A stretch of 64,000 bases of DNA, taken from the NCBI GenBank assembly GCA_036488585.1, contig DASXHH010000004.1:65254-129253 (forward strand), read 5' to 3'. Below, one piece after another: positions 39,710 to 48,890 of this stretch. The notes beneath the pieces were generated by a model. It searched no databases. It worked only from the letters and a program-made list of their open reading frames with translations, and was not told the DNA's origin. How positions within the stretch are numbered: the first letter of the stretch is position 1; the number at the start of each line of letters is the position of its first letter. The position numbers were made by a program, and so were the translations under genes. This stretch comes from Candidatus Saccharimonadia bacterium. GTDB lineage: Bacteria > Patescibacteriota > Saccharimonadia > UBA4664.

Positions 39710-40606
39710 CTAACCAAGGTCCATGGGGTCATGTAGCCGTAATGCATTTAGCAGGAGTGCCTTGAATAGCGTTGCATGATGGTGCAGAAAGGGCCATCTG
39801 ATTAACCGGCTCGTACGTTCTTTCACGTCAATATGGAGGACTGCTGGTGCAGGAGGCTGAACTTTGAACCCAACAAGAAGCCCAAGAACGAGTGTGGCGG
39901 TCATTGAAGCACAGAGATCAACGGCAGGAGCGATTGCCGGCGCTTCAATACTCCCGTCTGATACCGCCCGCAATACTTGAAGATCGCCATAGCTCGGGAT
40001 ATGGGGCAGCCAACGCCACAGGTTAACTTTCGCATTCCCTGAGTTGAATTGCTCCAAGTTTATATCTTTTGATAAACCCAGATATCTTTCATAGGCATAC
40101 CCAACTGGATCAAACCAAGTTACCGTTGCACCAAAACCAATTTCTACTCCCATAACTAGCGCAATCTTCTTATCTCGTGCCAATCGGGCAAGTTGTATGC
40201 CAAGCTGAGGAAGTTTGAAGTCTATTGCCTCAATAATGAGGTCGCTGCCAGAGACAAAATCCCTGATATTGGAATCGTTGATTCCGATTTCGAGTAAATC
40301 AAGCTTAATCTTAGGGTTGATGTCGCGGCACAGTTTAGCAATTGTATCTGCCTTGGATTTGCCAATTGTGCTTTGGTAGCTCCCCTCTTGACGATTTAAG
40401 TTTGATATAGAAAAGACTTCAGGATCTGCAATTTTCAGATGCCCCACTCCGAGGCGCGTGAGCTCAACTGCGATTCTGCCACCGACGCCCCCCACACCTG
40501 CAATGGCTATGGTGGAGTTCCCAAGCTTGTCTTGTTGGGTTTTACTAATAAATCCAGTATTTCTGCTTAGGTGATTTTCTTCCGGTTCACGCTTCATCGA
40601 CTGCAT
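39710..40606 (-). CDS. ThiF family adenylyltransferase
   Basis: SRN, IAGVGGVG, ADPEVFSISNLNRQ, GKSKA; no Zn CxxC. Confidence 0.92.
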   Translation of the reverse strand: MQSMKREPEENHLSRNTGFISKTQQDKLGNSTIAIAGVGGVGGRIAVELTRLGVGHLKIADPEVFSISNLNRQEGSYQSTIGKSKADTIAKLCRDINPKIKLDLLEIGINDSNIRDFVSGSDLIIEAIDFKLPQLGIQLARLARDKKIALVMGVEIGFGATVTWFDPVGYAYERYLGLSKDINLEQFNSGNAKVNLWRWLPHIPSYGDLQVLRAVSDGSIEAPAIAPAVDLCASMTATLVLGLLVGFKVQPPAPAVLHIDVKERTSRLIRWPFLHHHATLFKALLLNALRLHDPMDLG

Positions 40607-41420
40607 CTCTTAATACTTCATCGCCACGACTATAGTTTAATGCTCTCAGATGATGAGGTTTGAGATATTTAGTGGGAAGCCCCTCCAGGAAGAACCGAAT
40701 ATACTCCCGGTGAAGAAGACGCTGGGCGGGGTTAAGGCTTCTAGAGTTTGAGATCATTATATCCAGCGAGCGATCAACCTCAAGCGCGGCCGGTATGACC
40801 CTACTCCCCATATAGAAGGTTTCTTCACCTATCTGCATAAGAGCATCACGAAACAAGAACTTGAGTCGGTTGTAGTAGATCGCATCACATGCCATTAACC
40901 AAAGTTGGTGCTGAGCCCGAACCGAATGCTGCCATAATGCACGATAAATTAGGAAGCTAGCGAAGCTTGAGTAGCCTTTTCGTTTTGCTAGAGCTGAAAT
41001 CTCCACACATTGCATGGGATCTAACGATTCTATGGCTTTACGAACGTTATTTTCAAGTTTCAGCTTTTCCATGGTCGGGAAGGAAGCGTGGCCTTTCTTA
41101 CCTTTAGGGTGGATCTGCCTAGCTGTGGCGACAATTTGCTCCTCGCTACCGTTCATTTCCACGACAACAAAATATGTCGCGTGAGACTGATATGGGTCAT
41201 GCTCAACAGAGATGGTGCCATTTGCGTCTATATGGCCGGGCTCTATATATCCGTTTTCAAGATACACCTCGGCATGGAGACGCTTTGCTTGGTGAAGATG
41301 AGTTTGTTTGGTTACACGTAACACCTTCAGGTTCGGGTGCCCAGATCTCAGAAGGCGACGGTACGCGAGCATCCTTGAAATTTTTCGGATCATTAAGAGT
41401 CCTTTTGCTTGCCTTAACAT
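40587..41420 (-). CDS. N-acyl amino acid synthase (FeeM/OxzA-like GNAT)
   Basis: RLHAEVYLENGYI, DPY, VATARQI, CVEISALA, FYMGS. Confidence 0.78.
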   Translation of the reverse strand: MLRQAKGLLMIRKISRMLAYRRLLRSGHPNLKVLRVTKQTHLHQAKRLHAEVYLENGYIEPGHIDANGTISVEHDPYQSHATYFVVVEMNGSEEQIVATARQIHPKGKKGHASFPTMEKLKLENNVRKAIESLDPMQCVEISALAKRKGYSSFASFLIYRALWQHSVRAQHQLWLMACDAIYYNRLKFLFRDALMQIGEETFYMGSRVIPAALEVDRSLDIMISNSRSLNPAQRLLHREYIRFFLEGLPTKYLKPHHLRALNYSRGDEVLRDAVDEA

Positions 41421-41463
41421 GGCATTATGGTAAAAATATAGCAGCTACTAATATAAGAATGAA

Positions 41464-42135
41464 GTGATAGACACAGATCGTGCCGCTCCGAAAGTAACAT
41501 GGCTTGATTCCGATGTTGCGGCTCGGATTATCCACGCAAACTCATTATTATGCTATTGGTTATCAAAGGGAGTTGGCAATTTACTTAGCCACTCTACTCG
41601 CATTTCTCTAGACGAGGGAGATATTGACCCCAAGTCACTCTATGTTGTTGCTGCAAATCACCAGTGTCGCATTGATCCTTTTCTGATTTGTGCACAGATG
41701 CCATACTCCGCATGGAAAAGGCTCGGAGACTTCAGATACTTTCTCTACAATCCGTTATTGGACATACCCGTGTTGGGGTCTGTTTTGCGCGGACTTGGTT
41801 GCTTTCCTGCAAAATATCACACAAAGTACCCATACGGCTTAGGCTACGCCACAGAACAGCTCTCAAAAGGAAGAAGCATATTTATATTCCCCGAGGGACG
41901 CCGTACGATTCAGGGAGAATACCCCGCACACAATGGAGTGGCAGTGCTCGCAAAGCTCCCACGGGTGATGATAATCCCTGCACATATTGAATGGCGCGAT
42001 CGAGGGGCTTGGCATGGCTTTAAAATCGGCATCGGAAAGCCTTTTAACGGCAAAGACCTGACGGCACAAGAGATACTCAATAGAGTATATGAAGTTCCGG
42101 TTGATAAGCCCTTACGGATAAGAACGAGAGCTTAA
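41464..42135 (+). CDS. PlsC-like lysophospholipid acyltransferase
   Basis: NHQCRID (HX4D), IFPEGRRT. Confidence 0.88.
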   Translation: MIDTDRAAPKVTWLDSDVAARIIHANSLLCYWLSKGVGNLLSHSTRISLDEGDIDPKSLYVVAANHQCRIDPFLICAQMPYSAWKRLGDFRYFLYNPLLDIPVLGSVLRGLGCFPAKYHTKYPYGLGYATEQLSKGRSIFIFPEGRRTIQGEYPAHNGVAVLAKLPRVMIIPAHIEWRDRGAWHGFKIGIGKPFNGKDLTAQEILNRVYEVPVDKPLRIRTRA

Positions 42136-43121
42136 TGAATAATAGTTACCCTAACGAAGCGAGCGATATAAACCCAAAACACATTGAGCTATTGAATGCC
42201 AGCCTCCGGGCGCCCTCTGCACACAATGCGCAGCCCTGGCGAATAAAGCCAATAGACAGCCACAAATACGAATTACATTACATTCAAAGCTCTGACCTAC
42301 CAGAAGACCCAAACAATAAGGACGCGTATCTCACAATGGGTGCCTTCGTGGAGACAATGGCCTTGCAAGCTCCAAATTTTGATCTTAGTGTGAAAGTTGA
42401 GGCGGTTTTGACCCGCCATGATACGGATTTCCTCATGGCTATGGTGACAATTGACGACACGAAAGATAGCCATGCCGACCCCTTGAGTAAGTGGGTAGAC
42501 AAAAGGGTTACGAATAGAAATAGCTACCTAAAAGAAGACTTGCCGCCAGAGCTTGAAGTCAAGCTAAAGAACCTAGGAAACGTGCTATTAGATCCAAAGT
42601 TACTGAAGGGTGCTGTCCTTGAGGCTAGCATGAAGGGCTGGTCAAATAGGAGATTTGTTTCAGATTTGAAGAATTGGCTCAGAACTGATGATTCTGCACC
42701 CGATGGTCTGAGCGTGGGCCTGATGAACTTAACGGCAATAGATGTTATGGCCCTACGCTTCGCGTTCTGGAAGGGCAGCTTTAAGTCGAAGTTAATGCAG
42801 TGGGTGTTTTCTTCAAGCGAAGTGTCTATGTTTGCAACAGCCCCGAAGGTGGCAGTGCTTACTTCGCCTGGCATGACCCCCTCGGCCCTCTTTGGGGCTG
42901 GTAGAAGGTTGCTACGGTCTTGGGTAGAAATTACTTCTGCTGGTTACACCACACAACCATACTCAGTGGGAGTGGATGACGAGGCTGCGGCTCTCAAGGT
43001 GGCGGAGGTGGCCGGCGGCGGAGTACCTGTGGCACTTTACAGGATAGGTAAGCCCTCGAAGCCCTTGAGTGCCCCCTCGCACAGAAGGCCTCTTAGCGAC
43101 GTGCTCATACCACGTTCGTAG
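42135..43121 (+). CDS. Acg-type nitroreductase family protein
   Basis: RAPSAHNAQPW, KRVTNR, AGRRLLRSW, RIG, RRPL. Confidence 0.88.
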   Translation: MNNSYPNEASDINPKHIELLNASLRAPSAHNAQPWRIKPIDSHKYELHYIQSSDLPEDPNNKDAYLTMGAFVETMALQAPNFDLSVKVEAVLTRHDTDFLMAMVTIDDTKDSHADPLSKWVDKRVTNRNSYLKEDLPPELEVKLKNLGNVLLDPKLLKGAVLEASMKGWSNRRFVSDLKNWLRTDDSAPDGLSVGLMNLTAIDVMALRFAFWKGSFKSKLMQWVFSSSEVSMFATAPKVAVLTSPGMTPSALFGAGRRLLRSWVEITSAGYTTQPYSVGVDDEAAALKVAEVAGGGVPVALYRIGKPSKPLSAPSHRRPLSDVLIPRS

Positions 43122-43214
43122 CTAAGCCGTTTGACGCCATGGAATGAGCGCACAAGAGATATTGGACCGGATACTGGCGTTGCCGGTAAAGTAACAAGCG
43201 CCTATACTGAGCAC

Positions 43215-43598
43215 ATGAGTAACCAAAAAGTCAAAGTCGCAATTATCGAGGACGATATTGCGATTGTTCAGATGTACCGGACCAAGTTTGAGAACGAGGG
43301 CTACGAGGTGGCGACTGCCGGCGATGGCGTGACGGGCCTGGAGCTAATTGAGTCGTTTGACCCCGATATAATTTTGCTCGACTTAATGATGCCGAACATG
43401 AACGGGCTCGACATGCTGAGCAAACTGCGGTCGCAGCCGAATGGTCGTGAGGCCAAGGTGGTGGTGCTGACAAACATGGGTGATACCGAGACTGCGACTA
43501 AGGTATACAAGATGGCGGCCGATGATTACATCGTGAAGGCCGAGATGACGCCAAAGGAAGTAGCCGAGCGCGTACGGGCGCTATTGGCGAAAAAGTAA
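43215..43598 (+). CDS. Single-domain response regulator
   Basis: IEDD, LLDLMMP, LTN, VKAEMTP. Confidence 0.95.
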   Translation: MSNQKVKVAIIEDDIAIVQMYRTKFENEGYEVATAGDGVTGLELIESFDPDIILLDLMMPNMNGLDMLSKLRSQPNGREAKVVVLTNMGDTETATKVYKMAADDYIVKAEMTPKEVAERVRALLAKK

Positions 43599-43614
43599 GC
43601 TAATCCGCGACTGG

Positions 43615-44385
43615 CTACGGGCGGCGCTGGGCGGCGATGAGGAGATTGTCGAATAAGGCGGTCACTGTCATGGGGCCGACGCCGCCAGGATTGGGCGTGA
43701 TGGTAAGATCGTCACGGTCATAGAGTGCTGGGTCGAGTTCGGGCACGGGTGAGCCGGCGTCTACTACCACGGCGCCGTGTTTAACCATGTCTGATTTAAC
43801 GAGGTGCTCGCGGCCAGTGGCGGTGAAGATGGCTTCGGCCTGGAGGGTGGCAGCTGGAAGGTCTTCGGTGTGGATATCGCAGCGCACAACATCATGGCCG
43901 GAGGCGGCGAGGCGGTCGGCCAGCGGTTTACCCACCAGTCTCCCCTGCCCCACCACCACGATGCGGCCGTGCAGGTCAACGTTGTGGGCGGCCAGTAGCC
44001 AGAGCACTGCCTTCGGCGTGGCGGCCTCAAACGGCGATCCAGGCGCAAGGCCGTCGACGTCTTTGCGGAGGTCGACGGCGGCGGTAGCGATGGCGGTGAT
44101 TTTGGGATCGGTGAGCGGCAGCTGAATGATAATGCCGGTGACGGTGCTGTCGCGGTTGAGCTCATCGATGCGGCCGAGGATAGTGCCCGAAGTTTCCACA
44201 TACAGGTCCACCGGCACACCAATGTCTTCGCCGTACGCTCGCTTCATTTTGAGGTAAAGATCGCCGGCCTCATTGTCCCTCGAGCGAATGATGGCCAAGC
44301 GGGGCGGCACCGATAGGCCGGCTACCTGCCCGGCATGGCGCTGTTTAATAAAATCGGCGGCCGCGCGGCCGTCTAGCAGTTTCAT
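43615..44385 (-). CDS. folD: Methylenetetrahydrofolate dehydrogenase/cyclohydrolase
   Basis: LLDG, YLKMK, IIQLP, KDVDG, PGGVGPMT. Confidence 0.95.
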   Translation of the reverse strand: MKLLDGRAAADFIKQRHAGQVAGLSVPPRLAIIRSRDNEAGDLYLKMKRAYGEDIGVPVDLYVETSGTILGRIDELNRDSTVTGIIIQLPLTDPKITAIATAAVDLRKDVDGLAPGSPFEAATPKAVLWLLAAHNVDLHGRIVVVGQGRLVGKPLADRLAASGHDVVRCDIHTEDLPAATLQAEAIFTATGREHLVKSDMVKHGAVVVDAGSPVPELDPALYDRDDLTITPNPGGVGPMTVTALFDNLLIAAQRRP

Positions 44386-44394
44386 GGTATTAGT

Positions 44395-44763
44395 CTACCC
44401 TGCCAGCCATCGCCGTACCAGCTCCTCGGCAACCAGATCAGGCGTATAGTCGGACTTAACCCAGAAATCTTCGGCACCGAGGCGCCTTACTATGTCTTGC
44501 TGTCTGGCGCCGGCCATGTTTGAGAACACAATAACGTGAGTTTTATGTACGCGCGGGCCCAATCGGCGCAGGAATTCCTCACCGCCCATTACCGGCATCA
44601 TCATGTCTAGCAGTATAAAATTGGGATCAAAATCAGATAATTTGCCGAGTGCGACCTGGCCATTTTCCGCGACCTGAATGCTGAAACCAACCAGCTCAAA
44701 CTTCATGGCGTAGATTTCGCGGATGGCCTCATCGTCTTCTATGAGCAAAACTTTAGGTAACAT
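44395..44763 (-). CDS. Single-domain response regulator
   Basis: IEDD, LLDMMMP, FSN, VKSDYTP. Confidence 0.93.
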   Translation of the reverse strand: MLPKVLLIEDDEAIREIYAMKFELVGFSIQVAENGQVALGKLSDFDPNFILLDMMMPVMGGEEFLRRLGPRVHKTHVIVFSNMAGARQQDIVRRLGAEDFWVKSDYTPDLVAEELVRRWLAG

Positions 44764-44822
44764 AAATCACCTATACCTACCCAAGTATCAGCATGAGCTA
44801 AGCGCGGGGCGAGAGCAAGAGG

Positions 44823-47246
44823 CTAGAGATCGACGCGGCGGTAGAATTGGCGTTTCACTACCTCGGCCAGCACCAGATACACCGCCACAATGCCAATAAC
44901 GGCCGCGATGGCGGAGACCGGAACCGGACCGAAACGAAAATACTTCCCGAACGAGCTCAGTGCGATGGCGTAGCCGATTAGCACGGTGCCCAGGGTGGAA
45001 ATAACCAGGAACGGGCTGGGGCGCGACTGCACAAAGGGGATTTTGCGGGTGCGAATAATATAGACAACGAAGGTTTGGGTGGCGACCGATTCCAAAAACC
45101 AACCAGCTTGGAACGAGGCCTCGCCGAAGTGGAACACCAGCAGCAGGGCAGCGAAGGTGGCGAAATCGAAAATGGAGCTTAAAGGGCCAAAGACCCACAT
45201 GGCCTGCTTGAGCGCCGAGATTTTGAGGGTGCGAGGACGCTTGAGGCTGTCGGCGTCGACGCCGTCGAGGGGCAAAGCGAACTGGGAGGTGTCGTAGAGC
45301 AGGTTGGTGAGCAGGATCTGGGTGGCCTGCATCGGCAAAAATGGAAGGAAGAGCGAACCGGCGGCCATGGAGAACATATTGCCGAAGTTGGAGCCGAGCG
45401 ACATCATGAGGTACTTGAGCGTGTTGGAGTAGGTGCGGCGACCCTCGATGATGCCATCAATGAGGATACTGAGCGATTTGCGCAGCAATATGAGGGCGGC
45501 CGTGGATTTGGCGACGTCGACGGCATTGTTGACTGAGATGCCTATATCAGCGGCCTTGAGTGACGGCGCATCGTTGATGCCGTCGCCCATGTAGCCGACC
45601 ACGTGGCGATTAGCACGCAGAGTCTGGATGATTTGGAGTTTTTGCTCGGGATTAACGCGAGCAAAGATGGTGGTGCGCTCGACGGCTTCGCGGAGTTGGA
45701 CCTGGCTCAGGCGCTCGATCTCAGATCCGGTGAGGATACCTTTGATTTCGAGGCCGATGTCCTGGGCGATTTTGCGGGTAACGAGCGCATTGTCGCCGGT
45801 GACGATTTTGACCTCGATGCCATGGTCACGAATTTTTTCGAGGGTGGGGCCGGCTGACTGTTTGGCAGGATCGAGGAAGGCTAGGAAGCCGACAAAGCTG
45901 AGGCTACGCTCGATGGCCGGCTCGTATTGTTTTTCCTCGGGCACATGGTGAGCGGCCACCGCCAGCACCCGGAATCCCTGGGCGCTGAGCGATTCGTACT
46001 CGGCCTCTACCTCGCTTTTGACGGCCTCAAACGGACGGCCGCCCACGTAGTGACTGCAGATGCGCATGATCTCTTCGGGAGCGCCCTTGGTGATGAGCAG
46101 CCGGCGGCCGAGGTGACCCACCACTACGGATTCACGTTTGCGCTCGAAGTCGTACGGGATTTCGTCGATTTTTTTGTACTCGCTGGCTTTAACCTGGCTC
46201 TTGAAGGCCTTAACGGCGCGGTCGAGTGGGTTTTCGAAGCCGGTGGAGAAGGTACTGGCAAGATAGCCGTAAAGCAGAACTTTGGGTGAGTCGGCGCCGA
46301 ATCCATCCAAATGGCGGACCAGCGCGATGTGGTCCTCGGTGAGAGTACCGGTTTTGTCGGTGCACAACACGTCCATGGAGCCGAGGTTTTGGATGGAGCT
46401 GAGTTTTTTAACGATGACACCATGGCGAGCCATGGCGAGTGAGCCCTTGGTAAGGTTGAGCGTAATAATGAGCGGCAACAGTTCCGGGGTGAGTCCCACG
46501 GCCAGAGCCACGCTGAAAAGCAGCGATTCGAGCAGACTGTGGCGGAAAAAAATATTGACCGCGAAGATGAAAATCACCAGGAACGTAGTGATTTTAATAA
46601 TGAGCAGGCTGAAATCCTTGATTTCGCGGTCAAACTCGGTGGGCTGGTCGGCGGCAGTGAGGGCGTGGGCGACGTGCGAAAACTTGGTGCCACGGCCGGT
46701 GCGTTCCACGCGCATGGTGGCCTCGCCGCTGGTGATACTAGCGCCGAGATAGAGGGGGGCTTTGGGGGGCTTGGGCTGTGGGAAGGATTCGCCCGTGAGG
46801 GCCGACTCATTGGCGTACAGATCTTTGCTACTAATGACCTCGCCGTCGGCCGGGATGAGCCTCCCGGCCGCAAGTTGCACTAGATCGCCAGGCACCAGGG
46901 TGCGCAAGGGCAGGCTCGCCCATTTGCCGTCGCGCATGACGGTGGCCTCCACCCGTACCCGCTCTTTGAGAGCCTCGGCGGCTCGCTCAGAGCGGAAGGT
47001 ATTAACAAAGTCGAGCACGGTGCTCACCATTACGATGGCGATGATGATGATAAAGTTGACGCGGTCGCCGGTGAAGGCCGACACCACGGCGGCCAGTACC
47101 AGGATGATGACCAGTGGGTTGGTGAAACGGGACAAGAAGGCCACCACTGGCGACGCATGCTTGGTTTCGATCAAAGTGTTGGGGCCGTATTGCTTGAGGC
47201 GCTTGGCTGCTTCGCGGCTGGTGAGGCCGCCGGTTTGGGTATTCAT
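44823..47246 (-). CDS. mgtA: Mg2+-transporting P-type ATPase
   Basis: LTGES, VGLTPELLP, DKTGTLT, GDGINDAP, SNFGNMFS, NLLYD. Confidence 0.95.
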   Translation of the reverse strand: MNTQTGGLTSREAAKRLKQYGPNTLIETKHASPVVAFLSRFTNPLVIILVLAAVVSAFTGDRVNFIIIIAIVMVSTVLDFVNTFRSERAAEALKERVRVEATVMRDGKWASLPLRTLVPGDLVQLAAGRLIPADGEVISSKDLYANESALTGESFPQPKPPKAPLYLGASITSGEATMRVERTGRGTKFSHVAHALTAADQPTEFDREIKDFSLLIIKITTFLVIFIFAVNIFFRHSLLESLLFSVALAVGLTPELLPLIITLNLTKGSLAMARHGVIVKKLSSIQNLGSMDVLCTDKTGTLTEDHIALVRHLDGFGADSPKVLLYGYLASTFSTGFENPLDRAVKAFKSQVKASEYKKIDEIPYDFERKRESVVVGHLGRRLLITKGAPEEIMRICSHYVGGRPFEAVKSEVEAEYESLSAQGFRVLAVAAHHVPEEKQYEPAIERSLSFVGFLAFLDPAKQSAGPTLEKIRDHGIEVKIVTGDNALVTRKIAQDIGLEIKGILTGSEIERLSQVQLREAVERTTIFARVNPEQKLQIIQTLRANRHVVGYMGDGINDAPSLKAADIGISVNNAVDVAKSTAALILLRKSLSILIDGIIEGRRTYSNTLKYLMMSLGSNFGNMFSMAAGSLFLPFLPMQATQILLTNLLYDTSQFALPLDGVDADSLKRPRTLKISALKQAMWVFGPLSSIFDFATFAALLLVFHFGEASFQAGWFLESVATQTFVVYIIRTRKIPFVQSRPSPFLVISTLGTVLIGYAIALSSFGKYFRFGPVPVSAIAAVIGIVAVYLVLAEVVKRQFYRRVDL

Positions 47247-47321
47247 GCTTATGGTTATTATACCCTTATACGCCGACCCAAGCGCTTAGTGCGAGCCTAC
47301 CCGTGTGTAGCTCACGTTAAC

Positions 47322-47353
47322 GAAAAGCCCCGGCATGCGAGATGCGGGGGCTT
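47322..47353 (-). terminator. Intrinsic terminator
   Basis: AAGCCCCCGCAT-CTCGC-ATGCCGGGGCTTTT. Confidence 0.75.
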
Positions 47354-47598
47354 GGCGAGAAAGAATTATTGCGAAGCGCCTCCCGGCGCGAAGCTATTGT
47401 ATGGGTATTGCCGACCGAAGTCGCGGGAGGGTTGGTTTGTCCTGGCCGGAGGCCAGAGCAAGAATTTGGGGTGAAAGCAGACCGATAGGTCGTTTCCCTC
47501 GACGTTAGCCGAGGAGTCTTTCGCCCATAGGCGAACTCCATTTTGGTGGTTTTTGAGAGTGCGCCTACGGGCGAACGACGCCCGGTTTTTCAAAGTAA
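47322..47598 (-). ncRNA. Candidate ~280-nt structured noncoding RNA
   Basis: About 7 hairpins (one cUUCGg) with A/C-rich linkers between a consensus promoter and a terminator. Confidence 0.6.
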
Positions 47599-47604
47599 TG
47601 GATG

Positions 47605-47633
47605 AGTATATCAGGTAGCTTTAACTTTGTCAA
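47605..47633 (-). promoter_or_regulatory. Sigma70 promoter TTGACA-17bp-TATACT with extended TGn
   Basis: Minus strand: TTGACA aagttaaagctacctga TATACT, overlapping the ndh 3' end. Confidence 0.8.
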
Positions 47634-48855
47634 TAGGGGTGGTGGCCGGGGTGCCGGAACAAATCGGGCAGAGGTCTTCGCGGCGACCATCCTGGAGCCA
47701 GAGTTTGATTGCCTTAGGCCAGCTTTCGATATCGGCGTAACCGACTAGATCGGCTAGGCGGCGCAGGATGTAGCCAGCCATGCCATAAAGCTTGAGGCTC
47801 CCCCACTCGGCCGTTGCCCAGTGCTCGCCCACCGGGATTACACTGATCGGCGCTTTAGGCTTGTAAGCGGGGCGGGGGTGACCGGCTAGAGCACGTGCAA
47901 GATCGGCAGCCGCATAGTCGGCGTCATAGAGAGCGGTCTGAGCCATGCCGGAGAACTGGGTGGCGGCATTGTCACCGAGCACATACACGTGCGGCCGGGC
48001 TTGCAGGTGCTCGTCCACCTGGACCTTGCCGCGCTCATTAATTGTGAAAGCGGAGGCGTTGTCTTTGAAGAACGGGTTGTTGGCGACACCGGCGGTCCAG
48101 ACCACGGTCTTGGTTTGGAGCGTTTTGTTGCCTAGAGTTAGCGCCTCAGCCGTTTCGCCCTTCACGGTCTGGCCGGTCATAACGGTAACGCCGAGTGATT
48201 CGAGCTGGCGCTGGACCCGGACGCTCACGGCTTCGGGCGAGCGGGGCAAAATGCGGGGTGCAGCCTCGATGAGATCGATTTTGTACTGAGGCTTATCTAG
48301 CCCGTGCAGCCGAGTGATGCGATGAAGGTAGCTGCCCAATGCGGCTGCCAGCTCCACGCCAGTGGGGCCGGCACCGACCACCACATAGTTGAGATCGGTG
48401 CGCTTCTCCTCTACAAGCTGACGGTGCAGATGCTGTTTGAAGCGTTCGGCGCCGGCAATGGATTTAATGCCATAGGAAAACTCTTTGAGGCCCTCAATGC
48501 CGAAGTAGTTGGTGATGCTGCCGAGTGATAGCACCAGTTCATCAAAAGCGTAACTGGCGCCGGAAGCGGTAGTAATAGTGTTGTGATCGGGGTCGAGTTT
48601 GGTGACCGTGTCGCGCACAACGCGCACAGGCAGGCCGCCCAGTAGCTCGGCGAGCGGAATTGACGACTCGGAGCGGGAGCCGCCAGTGGCCGAGTGGTAG
48701 AGCTGCGGATAGTAGGCGAAACTGTCCTCGATGGAAATAAGCGTGAGGTCGAGGTTAGAGTGCCTGGCCAGCTTGTGCGCGATTCGAACACCACCGAAGC
48801 CGCCCCCCACGATTACGACTTTGGATTGGCGTTGATTTTGGGTTGACGTCGACAT
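47611..48855 (-). CDS. ndh: Type II NADH dehydrogenase family FAD oxidoreductase
   Basis: VGGGFGG, VGAGPTGVELA, VWTAGV, LGD; start trimmed to ATG 48855. Confidence 0.88.
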   Translation of the reverse strand: MSTSTQNQRQSKVVIVGGGFGGVRIAHKLARHSNLDLTLISIEDSFAYYPQLYHSATGGSRSESSIPLAELLGGLPVRVVRDTVTKLDPDHNTITTASGASYAFDELVLSLGSITNYFGIEGLKEFSYGIKSIAGAERFKQHLHRQLVEEKRTDLNYVVVGAGPTGVELAAALGSYLHRITRLHGLDKPQYKIDLIEAAPRILPRSPEAVSVRVQRQLESLGVTVMTGQTVKGETAEALTLGNKTLQTKTVVWTAGVANNPFFKDNASAFTINERGKVQVDEHLQARPHVYVLGDNAATQFSGMAQTALYDADYAAADLARALAGHPRPAYKPKAPISVIPVGEHWATAEWGSLKLYGMAGYILRRLADLVGYADIESWPKAIKLWLQDGRREDLCPICSGTPATTPIDKVKAT

Positions 48856-48890
48856 GATGCCCCAATCATAAGCGTCTTTATCTGAAACGT

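Noticed and set aside
47322-47598. M-box (ykoK) riboswitch or 6S RNA
   Set aside because: M-box conserved segments are not recognisable, and the multi-hairpin layout is not a 6S rod
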